A stretch of DNA of 64,000 nt from Eledone cirrhosa (Eukaryota), in the NCBI GenBank assembly GCA_964016885.1, contig OZ024744.1, positions 58,032,001-58,096,000 of the forward strand, read 5' to 3'. Numbering within the stretch: position 1 is the first letter of the stretch; each line of letters begins with the position of its first letter. Of this stretch, positions 41,819 to 56,594 are shown piece by piece. Below the pieces are notes generated by a model that worked only from the letters and a program-made list of their open reading frames with translations, did not search any database and was not told the origin of the DNA. The translations under genes were made by a program, and so were the position numbers.

Positions 41819-42026
41819 CCCTTTAGCATTTACATTACTCTATATATACTATTGTATTTTCACAGCAAGCACTTTATCTCAGATAATATCAAATCTATGA
41901 GATTTTGATATTATTTATTTTGAGAACAATACCTTAACATAATTATGAGCAGTTGGTTATGGCTAGTTTGAACAGAAAGAGGTTAGAGAATTCTGGCTGG
42001 ATACGTCCGGTTTAAATGCTAAAGGG
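41819..42026. mobile_element. piggyBac-type MITE
   Basis: TTAA|CCCTTTAGCATTTA..TAAATGCTAAAGGG|TTAA: perfect TIRs and TTAA TSD. Confidence 0.9.
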
Positions 42027-43410
42027 TTAAATCATGAGTGTATGTGTGTATGGTACCATAACTCATGATAGAGTTGTAGTGGTGCCATATTGACATACAA
42101 CGTTTCTTGGGCATTTTGAAGTCTGGCAGAGCCCATCCCTCTCCAGGCCTGAGTACAGTAGATTTAGAGGAATAATCCACCCCAGCACTAGACTAGTATT
42201 CTTTTTTATCAATCTCGGTGGGATCTGGAAACAAAAAGCACACATGCAAAAATACACAAAAAATGTGACACTCAAAGAAGAACATTTTGGCTGATTTTAA
42301 CTGGCATGAGAAAAAGTGTGAGGGGCACTAAAACAGTGACACTAGTCACATGTAAGGAGAGAGGTGTCATGATAAAATAAGCAACATAACAAAAGGAGAG
42401 GTGGAAAAACCTGAGTGTCATGGGTGATATTATGATATTTTATTTTTATTTTATTTTCTGATTGACCAAATTTCATTTGAATTGCGATGAAGAGAGTATT
42501 ATACCATTTATTGATTTTGAATAAGAATTGGATTAGTTGGTGATATGACTTTTTTAGATACATTATGATTGAATCTAACCGCAAAGGAATTCCAATCTTT
42601 TTATTTACATTTTTTATCTTTAATAATTTTATTTACTTATTTATTTATTGTCAAAATTTTGTTTATATTTGAACCAGACGTTGATAACAAGTAAAAAAAA
42701 TTATATTTGTCAAGTCATTCATGTATTTTAACACTTAATATTCACAGACCCTCCACACATGCACACATTATCTGTCCCATTACATTTAATGTTGTATAGT
42801 GGTGGCTTCAATACTCTTTATATTGACCAACTCAACAACCAGGGCTGGTGCTACCATTAAGGCCCACTTGGCAGCTGCTTTGAGTGCAGATCTCAAAGAG
42901 GTACATTATTGAACTTTATAATAATTTCCTGCAATCAATAAATGAATCAGTAAACATCCTTGCTGAATAGCAGCATTACAGTAATATCAAATGTGATGGA
43001 GAGGATGTATAGGGTAATGAGATATAACATGGTTTTGGCATGGGTGAGTGGAAAATGCAGGTTTAGTAATTTTCTTAGTGTGATTAGTGCAAGTAGTGTC
43101 AAAAACTAATTATGTCAGCTTAGTGGAAATTATTTTATTTGGGAAAATGGGGTGTTTAACTGGGAGAAAGGGAGTGCACATTGCAGAACTAGCATAGGGC
43201 GCACTAAATACTCAGATGCTGACTCTGTTAACAACACTAATGGTGGTGTCAATAATCCTTACATTCATCCACTCAACAACAATAACATTTAATTGTTAAT
43301 CCAACCACATTTGGTTTTGTAAGATCTAATAATCATTATCCTTTTAAACAAAATAGTAATTCAAACATTTCACATTTCAAACAGAGATATTTGAATTTTA
43401 TTATATTATA

Positions 43411-44319
43411 CTAGCAGTGGTACTTGGCGTTGCACGGATAAGGTATTTTGGAACGCGGGCCGCCAACAGACCTAATTGTGGAAAAACTGCATGCCAGGAC
43501 AATATGTAAAGAAAATAAACCGAATACTCTGATGGCTGGATAATCTTTAAGATGTTCCTCGATGAAGCAGGAAAAATGCAGGTTTTCACCTAATGCGGGC
43601 CCTAGGGGATCAAGAAAATGAATTTTCTTATGTGCACAATATGCCTTTATATTTCGGGAAAATTGTCTAGACGTAACGCCTCCAAAAAGCCCTTAAGAAG
43701 CTGAAAAAATGAAGTTTTTCAAATAATCCGGGTCCTAGGCCATAAAAAAGTTGGATTTTCTTTGCTCACCGTAAGAAGAAGAGACTGACTAATACATAGT
43801 TACAATTTCAAGGAAATCGGTCTAACGTAACGCCTAAAAAAAACAACATAAAAAGCTTTAAAAACGCAGTTTTTCACCTAATGCGGACCTTAGGAGATCA
43901 AAAAGTTGAATTTTTGTATGTGCATAACACTCCCTGAAACATAATTAATACACATGTAAAGTTTGAAAAACATCGGTTGGGTACTTCTCGAGTTTTAGGG
44001 ATTCAAACTCACACACACACACACAGACATCCTCGGGGGAGTGACGCAATGCAGACAGCCAAACATACAGACAGATATTATAAGGGCGCGACGTTATATG
44101 TATCTAAAAAGAGAAAGACTAAGAATTATAGAGAGAGATCGCTAAATCGCCTAATGCGGTCCCTAGGGCATTGAAAATTTGAACTTTTTTTTTGCTCAGA
44201 ACACTCCCTGAAACAAGTATTACATGTGTAAAGTTTGAAAAGAGTCGGTTGGGTGTTTCTCGAGTTTTAGGGATTCAAACTCACACACAGACAGACATCC
44301 TCAGTTTTATATATATAGA
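43411..44319 (-). mobile_element. Non-autonomous Helitron
   Basis: Minus strand A|TCTATATATATAAAA..CCGTGCAACGCC..CTAG|T (AT target, no TSD); internal direct repeats (CCTAATGCGG x3; TCGGTTGGGT..GGGATTCAAACTCACACAC x2). Confidence 0.85.
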
Positions 44320-45399
44320 TAATGTACAAAGTAGCATTTCGAGAGGTGGCTGAAAAGGAGAATAGAAAGTTGTATTCATTTGTTGTTTATATTCATTTTT
44401 CCATGGACATATTTGCTATATTGTACTGGTAACTGTTATGTGTCCACTTTTGATTTGATTTAAATACATATAAATATTTAGGTATATATAAATATATATT
44501 CATCAGAAAATGGAAAAACTCGGTGTAAGAAAGCTGTTAAAACAGAAAATTGCCGTTGAAACGGCGTTGGGTAAAAAAACATTACCTCAAAGGATAGAAA
44601 TCAGCATCTCAAAGTGAGTTGACTCGAAGAATTGATGGGAAGGAAGAAATAGAATGGATGAAAGGAAATCACAAACATTTAAATACACTCATCAGTTTTC
44701 AGACCACCTGCAGTTTCAATGAGTTATTTTTGTACATATATATATATATACTACTATTAAAACTCTGTGATTGTGTGGTTGTCTGTAATGTAATACAGTC
44801 AAAATGGGAAAATACTTTGAAAAGAAGTTGACCCTGAAATGGGAATACAAATGGAATAAAACAAGTTTCACATAATTCAGAGCACGGGTTGCCGAGATAC
44901 GGGGTTTTTCTGGGTAGCTTCATAAATAGAGAGAGAAAGATAAAGAGAAAAAGATAGTGAGAGTAGTAGATTGAAAGAGAGACATAGAGAGAGAGAGAAG
45001 GAGACAGAGAAGGAAAATGGAAGAGAGAGAGAGCTGGTGGTGTTGTTGAATCAAATCATAACAAGTGACTTCAAAGAATCGAATACAGCATTTCTGTATC
45101 TATGTGTGTAGTGAATATTTCCTGCTAAATAGGAAAGATTTCTAAGTGTGTGTGTATATGTATGTGTATGTCTGTGTGTGTATATATGTGTGTGTATATA
45201 TGTGTGTGTATATATATGTGTGTGTGTATATATATATGTGTGTGTGTTTCTGTGACATCCACATATATACACACACACACATATATATATATAGGTCTTC
45301 CAATTTCATTTTACATTATATACATGCCTGTGTATATTTTAATTATTTAAAAATCATTTTTAAGTGAACATGATTTTTTTAAAATATTTTCAAGTGTAC

Positions 45400-45427
45400 G
45401 TGACCCAACGGGTCACAAGTGGTCTAG
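45400..45427 (+). mobile_element. Helitron 3' terminus
   Basis: Hairpin GTGACCC aac GGGTCAC followed by CTAG|T; 5' end not defined. Confidence 0.7.
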
Positions 45428-45444
45428 TATATACATATATATAT

Positions 45445-46455
45445 ATCCTTAAATCTACTTCCTCAATCCCCACACACTGTAAAGTGGTCATGTAGGTGTC
45501 ACCCACTACACACTGTAAATGTGGTTGGCATTAGGAAGGGCATTCAGTCATAGAAAACAAGCCAAAATCAGATCTGTATGAGCAAGACATGGTCATCTGA
45601 CCTGGTTTGTCTCACACCTGGAAACTCATCTAACCCATGGCAGTGTCGAAAAATGGACGTTAAATGGTGATGATGATGATGATTATATATATATATGTAT
45701 ACATATATGTGTAAGGTAACATGACAAACGAGCACTCAGACTCCACCCACCCCCACCCACCCACCACCACGACCACCCCAGCAACGTGGTCATACTGATG
45801 GTATGATAAATAATCACACAGTCCATCCTGTAAGGTGATCACCCTGGTGTCATGGCAGGAGGCACCTAGCCCACCCTGTAAAGTTGACATGTTGGTGAGA
45901 TGACAGAAGGTCCCCGACCTGCCTTGTAGAGTGGATGGCTTGGTGACCTGATAATGAGCATCCAGTCAACCCTGTAAGGTGGTCATGTTGCTGACACAAC
46001 AAAACATGTCCAGTTCATCCAGTAGAGGAGTCTGACATGACAAAATGCACTCAGTCTACCATGTTCAGTGGTCTGACATGGCAGAAAACACCTAGTCCCT
46101 CCTGTAGAGGGGTTATCTTAGCAACACAATAAATGTTCACTCCACCCTATAAAGTGTTCGTGAGGGAGTCACGACAAAAAGTTCCCAGTCCACACAGAAA
46201 ATTGTTCATTTTTGTGCCAAGTACTCAGTCCACACTGTGAAGTGGTCATTTTGGTGTCATGACAAAAACCACCTTGTACACACTGTAAATGAGGTTGGTG
46301 TTAGGAAGGGCACCCAGTTGTAGAAACCAAGATAGAAACAGTTCTGTATGAAAAAAACATGGACATCTGATCTTACTTGTCTCAAAATGGGACGGCCTCA
46401 TCTAACCCATGCTAGCATGGAAAATGGATGTTAAACAGTGATGGTGATGACGATA
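45445..46455 (+). repeat. Two RTE-type 3' UTR elements with a degenerate 48-bp unit array
   Basis: CACACTGTAAATG.GGTTGG..TTAGGAAGGGCA..AACCCATG..AAAATGGA.GTTAAA twice; diverged units at ~45770-46290. Confidence 0.7.
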
Positions 46456-46583
46456 AGATATATATATATATATATATACATATATAAATGAAGTTTTTCC
46501 GTAGGAAAGGTACAGGAAAAGAGAGTGCTCTATGTAGGCTACAGAGCTTATTAGTTATATAATAAACAACATAAGATAATTAT

Positions 46584-46645
46584 TTCATTTACCAGTGGTT
46601 TCTTGACGGCAGATATTTATATCTGTCTTCAGTTGTCAGAATGAA
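46584..46645 (-). ncRNA. Hammerhead copy with G8A core mutation
   Basis: Reverse complement: TTCATT CTGACAA ctgaagacagatat..caa GAAA CCACTGG TA AATGAA. Confidence 0.6.
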
Positions 46646-46665
46646 TAAATACACCATGTCATTTA

Positions 46666-46727
46666 TTCATTCTGACGATTGAAGACAGATATAAATATCT
46701 GCCTTCAAGAAACCACTGGTAAATGAA
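46666..46727 (+). ncRNA. Type I hammerhead ribozyme (canonical core)
   Basis: TTCATT CTGACGA TTGAAGaCAGATAT aa ATATCTGcCTTCAA GAAA CCACTGG TA AATGAA. Confidence 0.85.
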
Positions 46728-46794
46728 ATAATTATCTTCTGTTGTTTATTACATAACTATATTCTCTCTCTCTCTATATATATATATACATAAC

Positions 46795-46826
<32 letters not shown>

Positions 46827-46874
46827 ATAAGGAAATACAAAGTAGTTTAGATGTTAAAGTCCTTTATTGATAAT

Positions 46875-46952
46875 GCTGTGATACATATTTCGATGGCGAC
46901 ACTGGCCACGTGATTTCGCATAGTACCCAGTGCCATGATCTCATCAGACAGC
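46875..46952 (-). ncRNA. Type I hammerhead ribozyme (canonical core)
   Basis: Reverse complement: GCTGT CTGATGA GAT..GGCACTGG..CCAGTGTC..ATC GAAA TATGTA TC ACAGC, with AATAAA shortly after. Confidence 0.88.
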
Positions 46953-47059
46953 TTCTTACATAATGAGATTACAAGGGAACGGACAAACACAATGTTCATG
47001 AAGCGAATACCCATTTGAAAAATGTACGTTGAGTTCTCGAATTGAATTACATCAATATT

Positions 47060-47187
<128 letters not shown>

Positions 47188-47746
47188 ACAAAAAGTTGGA
47201 TGAATGAAATTGAAAGACAGAATTGGATAAACAGATAGATATATAGGCATCTATCTACATGATTACGTGAGTGTGATTTTGTATTATGAAAGAATGAGCT
47301 CTCGATATGTAAACATAGAGGTAAGATATATTTTTTTAATACATGGTATTATTAAATACACTAAAAAAACTGCCAGTTTTATAGACAATATTAGTAAAAC
47401 CACATATTCTCCATTATTAGAACTTATCTGTGCATCTTGTTATGTCTAATCGGTGCAGGTGGTTATTCTGAAAGTATAGTAGCTAAAATAAGAAAGAATA
47501 AGTTAAAACAGAATTTTTTCTCATAGTGAAAGAAGACATATCCAACCCGTGTAAACATGGAAAGACAGACGTAATACAATGATGATGATGATTATATATA
47601 TACATTATTCTTCTTTGCCCACTTATTCCTGAGAGAATCTCAGGGGCATATATATACATATATACATACATACACACACACACATATATATATATATACA
47701 TATATAGAATTCACAGGAATCAAAGTTATGTTCAAACCATTTATTA

Positions 47747-47791
47747 GCTTACAATTGTTTCATCCAAACCGAGGCTTGGAGTCTTCGGAGC
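47747..47791 (-). ncRNA. Minimal hammerhead ribozyme (U4C core)
   Basis: Reverse complement: GCT CCGAAGA C TCCAA gcctcggt TTGGA T GAAA CAATTG TA AGC, then AATAAA. Confidence 0.7.
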
Positions 47792-47962
47792 ATTATTTAA
47801 TGTTTGTATACATTCATGATCTCCTTTCCAACGCAAGAGACATACAGATACATATGTATATATTGATGCACAGTGGGGTGACATATATTACTGTTTAGGG
47901 TTTAAAATATATATAACTTTAAAAAGTTTTAGTATATACATAACCATAAATAGTATCCTTAA

Positions 47963-48056
<94 letters not shown>

Positions 48057-48176
48057 GTATATGTATATATGTGTATATATATGTATATATATGTATATAT
48101 ATGTATATATGTATATATATGTATATATATATATATATATGTATATATATTTGCCTGGAAACTTAGCTGAGAATAG

Positions 48177-48258
48177 ACTTCCCTGACGACGGAATGTTTC
48201 TCTATATCTTCTTCGGAAAATATATTTACTCCATTCCAGAAACTAATTAGTTGGAAGT
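48177..48258 (+). ncRNA. Type I hammerhead ribozyme, copy 1
   Basis: ACTTCC CTGACGA C GGAATG..CATTCC A GAAA CTAATTAG TT GGAAGT; predicted cut after 48252. Confidence 0.85.
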
Positions 48259-48698
48259 GATATTTTAGTAAGTAAGTTAATTTTATAATTTTCTTATTTT
48301 ACGTCTCTCATATTATTGTTCTGCAACCCCATGCATTGAACCACAATGTTACTAAGACAAAACCTATATATTTGCTAGCATTAATATGCATCTGTATGTA
48401 TATATATGTTACTAGATATTAATTCTTTATAATTATCTCCAAATTATTTGTCGAGCAATATTGGCCATGACTGCTGCTATGGTAGTAGGCAGGCCGCTGT
48501 CTTATTAGCAAACCACTTTCCACTGATTGACCTCGATGTCACGTGATTGATTCTTTTTGAATTTGCCACAAACGCAGAGGCAGTGATTTTCTCAATGGCT
48601 AGGAATTCAGTCCACGCTTTGCTATTTCCTATCCACTGAATTATTTTTTAATAAGTTTCCAGAGTCCTCGCTTTGCCTGAAAACTTAGCTGAGAATAG

Positions 48699-48780
48699 AC
48701 TTCCCTGACGACGGAATGTTTCTATATATCTTCTTCGGAAAATATATTTACTCCATTCCAGAAACTAATTAGTTGGAAGT
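48699..48780 (+). ncRNA. Type I hammerhead ribozyme, copy 2
   Basis: Same motif with CTGACGA at 48705-48711; predicted cut after 48774. Confidence 0.85.
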
Positions 48781-49087
48781 AATATTTTAGTAAGTAAGTT
48801 AATTTTATAATTTTCTTATTTTACGTCTCTCATATATATATATATATATGTTTGGAGAGGGTCATATTTGTGTAATATTGAAAGAATTAATAACAGAACA
48901 CACTCACTGTTTGGTTGGTTTTCGCTTCTCGGTTCTATGTCTTTTATATTGGTAATCTAACTTACTCGATCCTCAATGTTGCCATTGACTGACCGGCGGT
49001 CAAAAATAATACAGATACAATATAGACACAAACATATATATAGTTTATCATAAATCCTTCGTTATATTTATCATAAATATTTCGTTA

Positions 49088-49193
<106 letters not shown>

Positions 49194-49194
49194 C

Positions 49195-49231
<37 letters not shown>

Positions 49232-49232
49232 C

Positions 49233-49265
<33 letters not shown>

Positions 49266-49303
49266 CATATATATACATATATATATATATACATATATAT
49301 ACA

Positions 49304-49375
<72 letters not shown>

Positions 49376-49392
49376 TATACATATATATATAC

Positions 49393-49423
<31 letters not shown>

Positions 49424-49470
49424 CATATATATACATATATATATATACATATATATACATATATATATAT

Positions 49471-49512
<42 letters not shown>

Positions 49513-49528
49513 GTATATATATATATAT

Positions 49529-49586
<58 letters not shown>

Positions 49587-49809
49587 ATATATATATATGT
49601 ATATATATATATGTATATAAATATATATGTATATATATATACATATATAGACATATATATATATATATGTATTAGAAAGTGAGGTTTTTTTTACAAAATG
49701 AAAAATAACCGAGGTGTCCTACACGAGTGGAAGTATAAAGAAAAAGGGATGAAATCGAAAATGCAACTGAAGTCTTATTTTTTTTTTAAATATATATATT
49801 TATTTGGTT

Positions 49810-49847
49810 CCTTTACCGGTTTCGCAGTTCTTCTGCTTTTCAAAAGG
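49810..49847 (-). ncRNA. Minimal hammerhead ribozyme, U3-A8 core
   Basis: Reverse complement of 49920-49957. Confidence 0.8.
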
Positions 49848-49919
49848 TGAGTTGAGATGGAGGGTCTGTGGTTTTTCTCACATCTGTGAGAAAAACCACA
49901 GACCCTCCATCTCAACTCA

Positions 49920-49957
49920 CCTTTTGAAAAGCAGAAGAACTGCGAAACCGGTAAAGG
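49920..49957 (+). ncRNA. Minimal hammerhead ribozyme, U3-A8 core
   Basis: CCTT TTGAAAA GCAG aagaa CTGC GAAA CCGG TA AAGG. Confidence 0.82.
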
Positions 49958-50033
49958 AACCAAATAAATATATATATTTTTTTTAAAAATAAGACTTCAG
50001 TTGCATTTTCGATTTCATCCCTTTTTCTTTATA

Positions 50034-50095
<62 letters not shown>

Positions 50096-50483
50096 ATACA
50101 ATAACAGAGATAGTTTAAAGCTAAACTCTGACTGGTAACCATCTCACTCAACAAACATTAGGTTATATTAAAATATAAACCCAATTTAAGTGTTTGGGGT
50201 GCTAACAATATGTATAATGTGGAAAAACCAGTTGTATTATTTTATGAGATATAATTAAAGTTAAAGTATATCTCTCTTTCCAAACAATTGTTTCATTATA
50301 AGTTTTCTACAAGTTTGGGAGAATGTTTCCAGTTTATGTAGAAGCCTAATATATATTCATGTAAGAATATATTTAGGTGGGCACTTATAAATCATCAGTG
50401 GAAGCCCATTAAACATTGATATAAGAAAACAATTTCTTACCGCTGTCAAAAATCATGTCCTTAAAGTTGCTCTCTCTCACCTC

Positions 50484-52022
<1,539 letters not shown>

Positions 52023-52026
<4 letters not shown>

Positions 52027-52880
52027 CCGCTAAAGGGTTCTCCCTAAAAATGAAAGGCAGGTTGTACGATGCCTGCATACGAACAACAATGTTACATGGC
52101 AGTGAGACCTGGGCATTGTGTGCAGAGGATATACGCAGACTAGAGAGAAACGAAGCTTGCATGCTCCGCTGGATGTGTAATACTAATATATGTGAACGAC
52201 AAAGCATAAACGAACTAAGGAAAAAATTAGAAATAAGAGGGATCAGATGTTGTTTACTAGAGAGAAGGCTACGTTGGTATGGTCACGTGATGCGCATGAA
52301 GGACGATAGCTGTATAACAAAGTGCAGGGCAATAAAGATAGACGGTAGCCACGGAATAGGCAGACCCAGAAAAACCTGGGACGAGCTGATAAACTCCGAC
52401 CTCACACACTTACACCTCACCAAGACAATGTCACTGGACCGAGACCTTTGGCGGTACTCAGTAACAGAGAAGACCCGCCTTACCTAAATACAAAGTAAAA
52501 CCTACTACAGTCAGTAGGCATCTCTAACAAAATACACCCCCGTCCCACCACCCCCACCCCATCCACACCGCCCCCTTCTATGCAAAGTTATGTTGGTGCC
52601 ACAACATCCAGGCCGAAACAAATGAGATCGTGTAGGTGTCACGACAAGAAAACACACAGTCCACGCTGTAATGTGGCCGTGTAGGCAACACGGTAAAAAC
52701 CTCCCAGACCCACACTGTAAATGTGGTTGGTGTTAGGAAGGGCATCCAACTGTAGAAAACCTGCCAGACAGTCCTATGCGAGCAAGACAATCACTCTTGC
52801 CTCAAGTGGGACTACCCCCGTCCAAACCCATGCAAGCGTGGAACACGGACGTTAAACGATGATGATGATGATGATGATGA
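52023..52880 (+). mobile_element. RTE LINE 3' fragment inserted in (TA)n
   Basis: [41 protein letters not shown], 3' UTR and (GAT)n tail. Confidence 0.92.
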
Positions 52881-52964
52881 TATATATACATATATATACA
52901 TATATACATATATATAATATATATATATATATGATATATATATATATATATATATATACATACA

Positions 52965-53047
<83 letters not shown>

Positions 53048-53050
53048 GTG

Positions 53051-53125
<75 letters not shown>

Positions 53126-53222
53126 GTATATATATGTATATATATATATATATTATATATATATACATATATATATATATGTATATATATGTATATATAT
53201 ATATACATATATATGTATATAC

Positions 53223-53296
<74 letters not shown>

Positions 53297-53394
53297 ATAT
53301 ATACATATATATATATATATGTCTATATATGTGTATATATACATATATATATATGTCTATATATGTATATATATATACATATATATGTATATAC

Positions 53395-53480
<86 letters not shown>

Positions 53481-53535
53481 ATTTGCATTGTCGAGGCTTC
53501 CAAACGACTTAAAGATATTTACTTATTGTTCCACA

Positions 53536-56161
53536 ATGCTTCAAGCAAACTTCAATACTCTCTTATCCTTACACCTGAGCCAGGAATTGTTTGCATCCGT
53601 AAGGGAACTGTTTAGACTGTCGGAGAAATGGGCAACGCTGGCTGCCAAATCATTTTCCTGAAACGCTGCCTAAAAAACGATGTCATCCTCAACACCATCA
53701 AGAACATCCGCTTACCAGTAAGCCTACGTACACCAGCCTTCCAAAACACCACTAACCGCATACATCGCACATGTATTAAACAGATCCTGAGACATCTCAA
53801 CCGCCAATTACACGTCCATAAGCGGACACTCTCAGAGCGGACACATCGACTGTCAATAGCACCCGGCAACTTGCTCCTGAAAATCACTAAAGCAATCGAC
53901 CAGTGCTACCACTCCAGAGTCCAATACGAGAAAAAACGGCTCAAGCGAAAATATGAGTGGATCTTGTCGAAACGCCACAACGAGAACATCGACACTAACG
54001 AACAGACGGACCAGAACCACGTGGAAAACAACAACTTAACAACCGCCACCGCCGCAACCACCAACACCGAGCCATACCTCAACGATGCGACGCACCTGGT
54101 CACCGACCTAACCGGCACTCTCACGAGCGACGAGCTGAAACTCCTACACCTCGGACCTAAGTTCATCGTCTCACAACGTCTCGACGACAGACTCAAACTC
54201 AACATCGAGGCCGACTTTTGTCGAGCCGCTTACCAACTTAAATGGGTGACCGCCATCAACAGCGCCACAGAAAATAACAGCGCCGACGCAACCCACCCCA
54301 AGTTCCCCACTTACCACCCCGACAACCCACTCCACCCCCCACCCACCAACCACGAACTCGACACTAAACTCATCAGGCTAAAACACTCCATCTCGGATAT
54401 ACTTCACAAACACACACACACACACGCACAGCACATAACCTCACCAAATCTCAACTCACCACTCTCTCCAACCTAAAATCGAAGAACCTCATCTATCTCC
54501 CCTCCGACAAGGGAAAAGAATTCTGTATCATCAGCAGAGAGGCCTACAACACCCTGGCCCTCCAACACCTTGACGATGACAACCTCTACTCCAAGGTCAC
54601 GGTAATCACTCCCGCGCAGATAGAAGAACACATCAACTCCGCCTGGACCAACATCTGCGACCGGCGGAAGCTCCCGAAGAAGCTGAGATACAACCTCCTC
54701 ACGAGGAACAGCAGACTACCCGCCTTCTACCACCTCGTGAAAACACACAAACAGGGACCCGACCTGAAGATCAGGCCCATCGTATCGAGCGTGGAGGGAC
54801 CACTCTACAAAATTTCATGGCTCCTAGCCAAAATACTCAAACCCATCTTAGACACCTTGCCGGGACACGTTAACAGCTCCGAGGAGGTGTTGAAGCGCCT
54901 GCATCAAATGGATCCCGACACCAGAAGGAATAACAGATATGCCTTCAGCCTTGATGTAGTCGCTCTCTACACCTCGGTCCCGGCACTCCCGGCCGTCAAT
55001 ATACTAATGGAATGCGTCCAATCCACCGACCTACACTGCTTCGGGCTCACCACCACTGACATCCACCAACTCCTATCCATCGTCGTCGACAACACCTACT
55101 TCGGATTCCTTGACCAAATATACCAACAAACCTCGGGATTGCCCATGGGATCAAGCCTATCAGGTGTGCTAGCGATCTCTTACATGGACAACCTCGAACG
55201 CAAGGCACTCAACGCCTGCCACCCCAACGCCGTAGCCTTTTTCTCAAGGTACGTGGACGATATCCTCATCCTCATATCTTCCCAAGACACGGCGAACAGA
55301 ATCTATGAGACATTCAACAACACGGACGAGAACATTGACTTCAGTGTTGAACACCCCAACGAAGACGGGTCACTTGCCCTCCTTGACTTCCGAATCAACA
55401 TCACGGAACAGGGAAGGATCCACTGCAACTTCTACCGAAAGGCAGCCTGCAGGGACCTATTCGTTCACTACAAGTCCGCCCTCCCTAACAGTGCCAAAAG
55501 AGGATACATCACGAACGAGATCGCGCGAATCAAAAACAGATGCAGCGATCCCGCGAGTGGTGTCACTCATACCAAGCGATTCCTCGAGGTGCTGGAGACG
55601 AACGGGTACCCTACCTCGATCACAGACAGAATAGGAGACACCAGACGCAAGAGACAGAGAAGCACCCAAGGCAAGTGCTTCCTTAAAATGCCACACCTGG
55701 GCGAGAAAACCACCAACGCTATCCGCAAGGCTATACGGAGGGAGAGCCTCGACATCCACCTGGCCCACTCGGGCCCCTCCCTGCGAAGATGCCTCTCCAG
55801 GAAACCCGAAAAATCTACTGACGCATGCTCCCTCAGAGACTGCCCGATACGCCATGCGAACTGTTGCCTACGCACATACGTCGTGTATAAGATAGAATGT
55901 GAAAGGTGCAACCAATACTACATAGGTAGCACAATTCGACCTTTGCACATCCGGATCAAGGAACACACTAAAACCAGGGCCTCGTCTTTCCGGAAACACA
56001 TAGACAAATGCGGAAACAAAGACGGAAGGCCCATTGTGACAATTCTAGCGACTGAAAGAAACGTCGACACGTTACGTATCAAGGAAGCGCTTTTTATCAA
56101 ACGACTGCACCCGCAAATAAACAACCGAACAGAGAGAAACGAAATGAGATGGCTAGTTTAA
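53536..56161 (+). pseudogene. PLE polyprotein (N-terminal domain, RT, Cys linker, GIY-YIG) with two frameshifts
   Basis: [17 protein letters not shown] / CQIIFLKRC.. / NLIYLPSDKG..RPIVS..SLDVVALYTSV..GLPMGSSLS..RYVDD..LLDF..NGYP..CSLRDCP..VVYKIECERCNQYYIGST..RIKEH..KEALFI..INNR; frameshifts at ~53640 and in the (CA)n run ~54410-54425. Confidence 0.92.
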
Positions 56162-56558
56162 GTTAATAAGCGATGCAACAACACACAACACACACACACA
56201 CACGCGCAAACGAGACAACTACACACACACATGCACAGACACACAGTAGCATTCCACCATACGAACATACTACACTGCCAATACAGAGGAACAAGGCAAC
56301 AACACACGCACACACACACACTCAAGCGAGACAACAACACACGCACACACACAGTAACATTTAACAAACAGGCAGAGAATTGACTGACAGCTAGCGCCAT
56401 CCCACTCCCTCATTCGGCCGCTGACCTCTGTACGACCGACCCCATTTCACGCGCACGCGCGCTCTGCCGAATACCTCAGATATTCAAAACAACAAACAGC
56501 GAAGGACGCGTTCCGCACTTGTGCGACAGACAACCTTTTCCCCCACCCCGGAAAAAAA

Positions 56559-56594
56559 CCCCAGTTGATGGATGTGAATCCGAAATATATAGGG
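56559..56594 (+). ncRNA. Atypical minimal hammerhead in the PLE 3' pseudo-LTR
   Basis: CCC CAGTTGA T GGAT gtga ATCC GAAA TATA TA GGG, followed by ATTAAA; core differs at positions 4 and 6. Confidence 0.55.

Larger units (their letters stand above)
46552..46759. repeat. Foldback (~99-bp arms, 10-nt loop) built from an HHR-bearing unit
   Basis: Arms mirror around 46651-46660. Confidence 0.9.
48151..48835 (+). mobile_element. Non-coding, TA-flanked element with 163-bp direct repeats each carrying an HHR (retrozyme-like / minimal PLE)
   Basis: 48151-48313 matches 48673-48835 (about 3 mismatches, period 522 bp); (TA)n on both sides. Confidence 0.85.
49734..50033. repeat. Near-perfect ~300-bp palindrome (2-nt loop) with an HHR in each arm
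   Basis: Centre CTCACA tc TGTGAG at 49883-49884; the ORF track gives near-identical ORFs on both strands. Confidence 0.95.

Noticed and set aside
46847-47050. Possible host exon (non-repetitive end of the 114-aa ORF)
   Set aside because: No recognisable protein similarity; the segment is explained by an HHR-bearing module
49775-49986. Paired identical small proteins on opposite strands (also 59102-59398)
   Set aside because: Artefact of the DNA palindromes
53906-56124. Antisense ORFs overlapping the PLE, and similar ones over RTE and Tigger
   Set aside because: Shadow frames of coding sequence with no motifs
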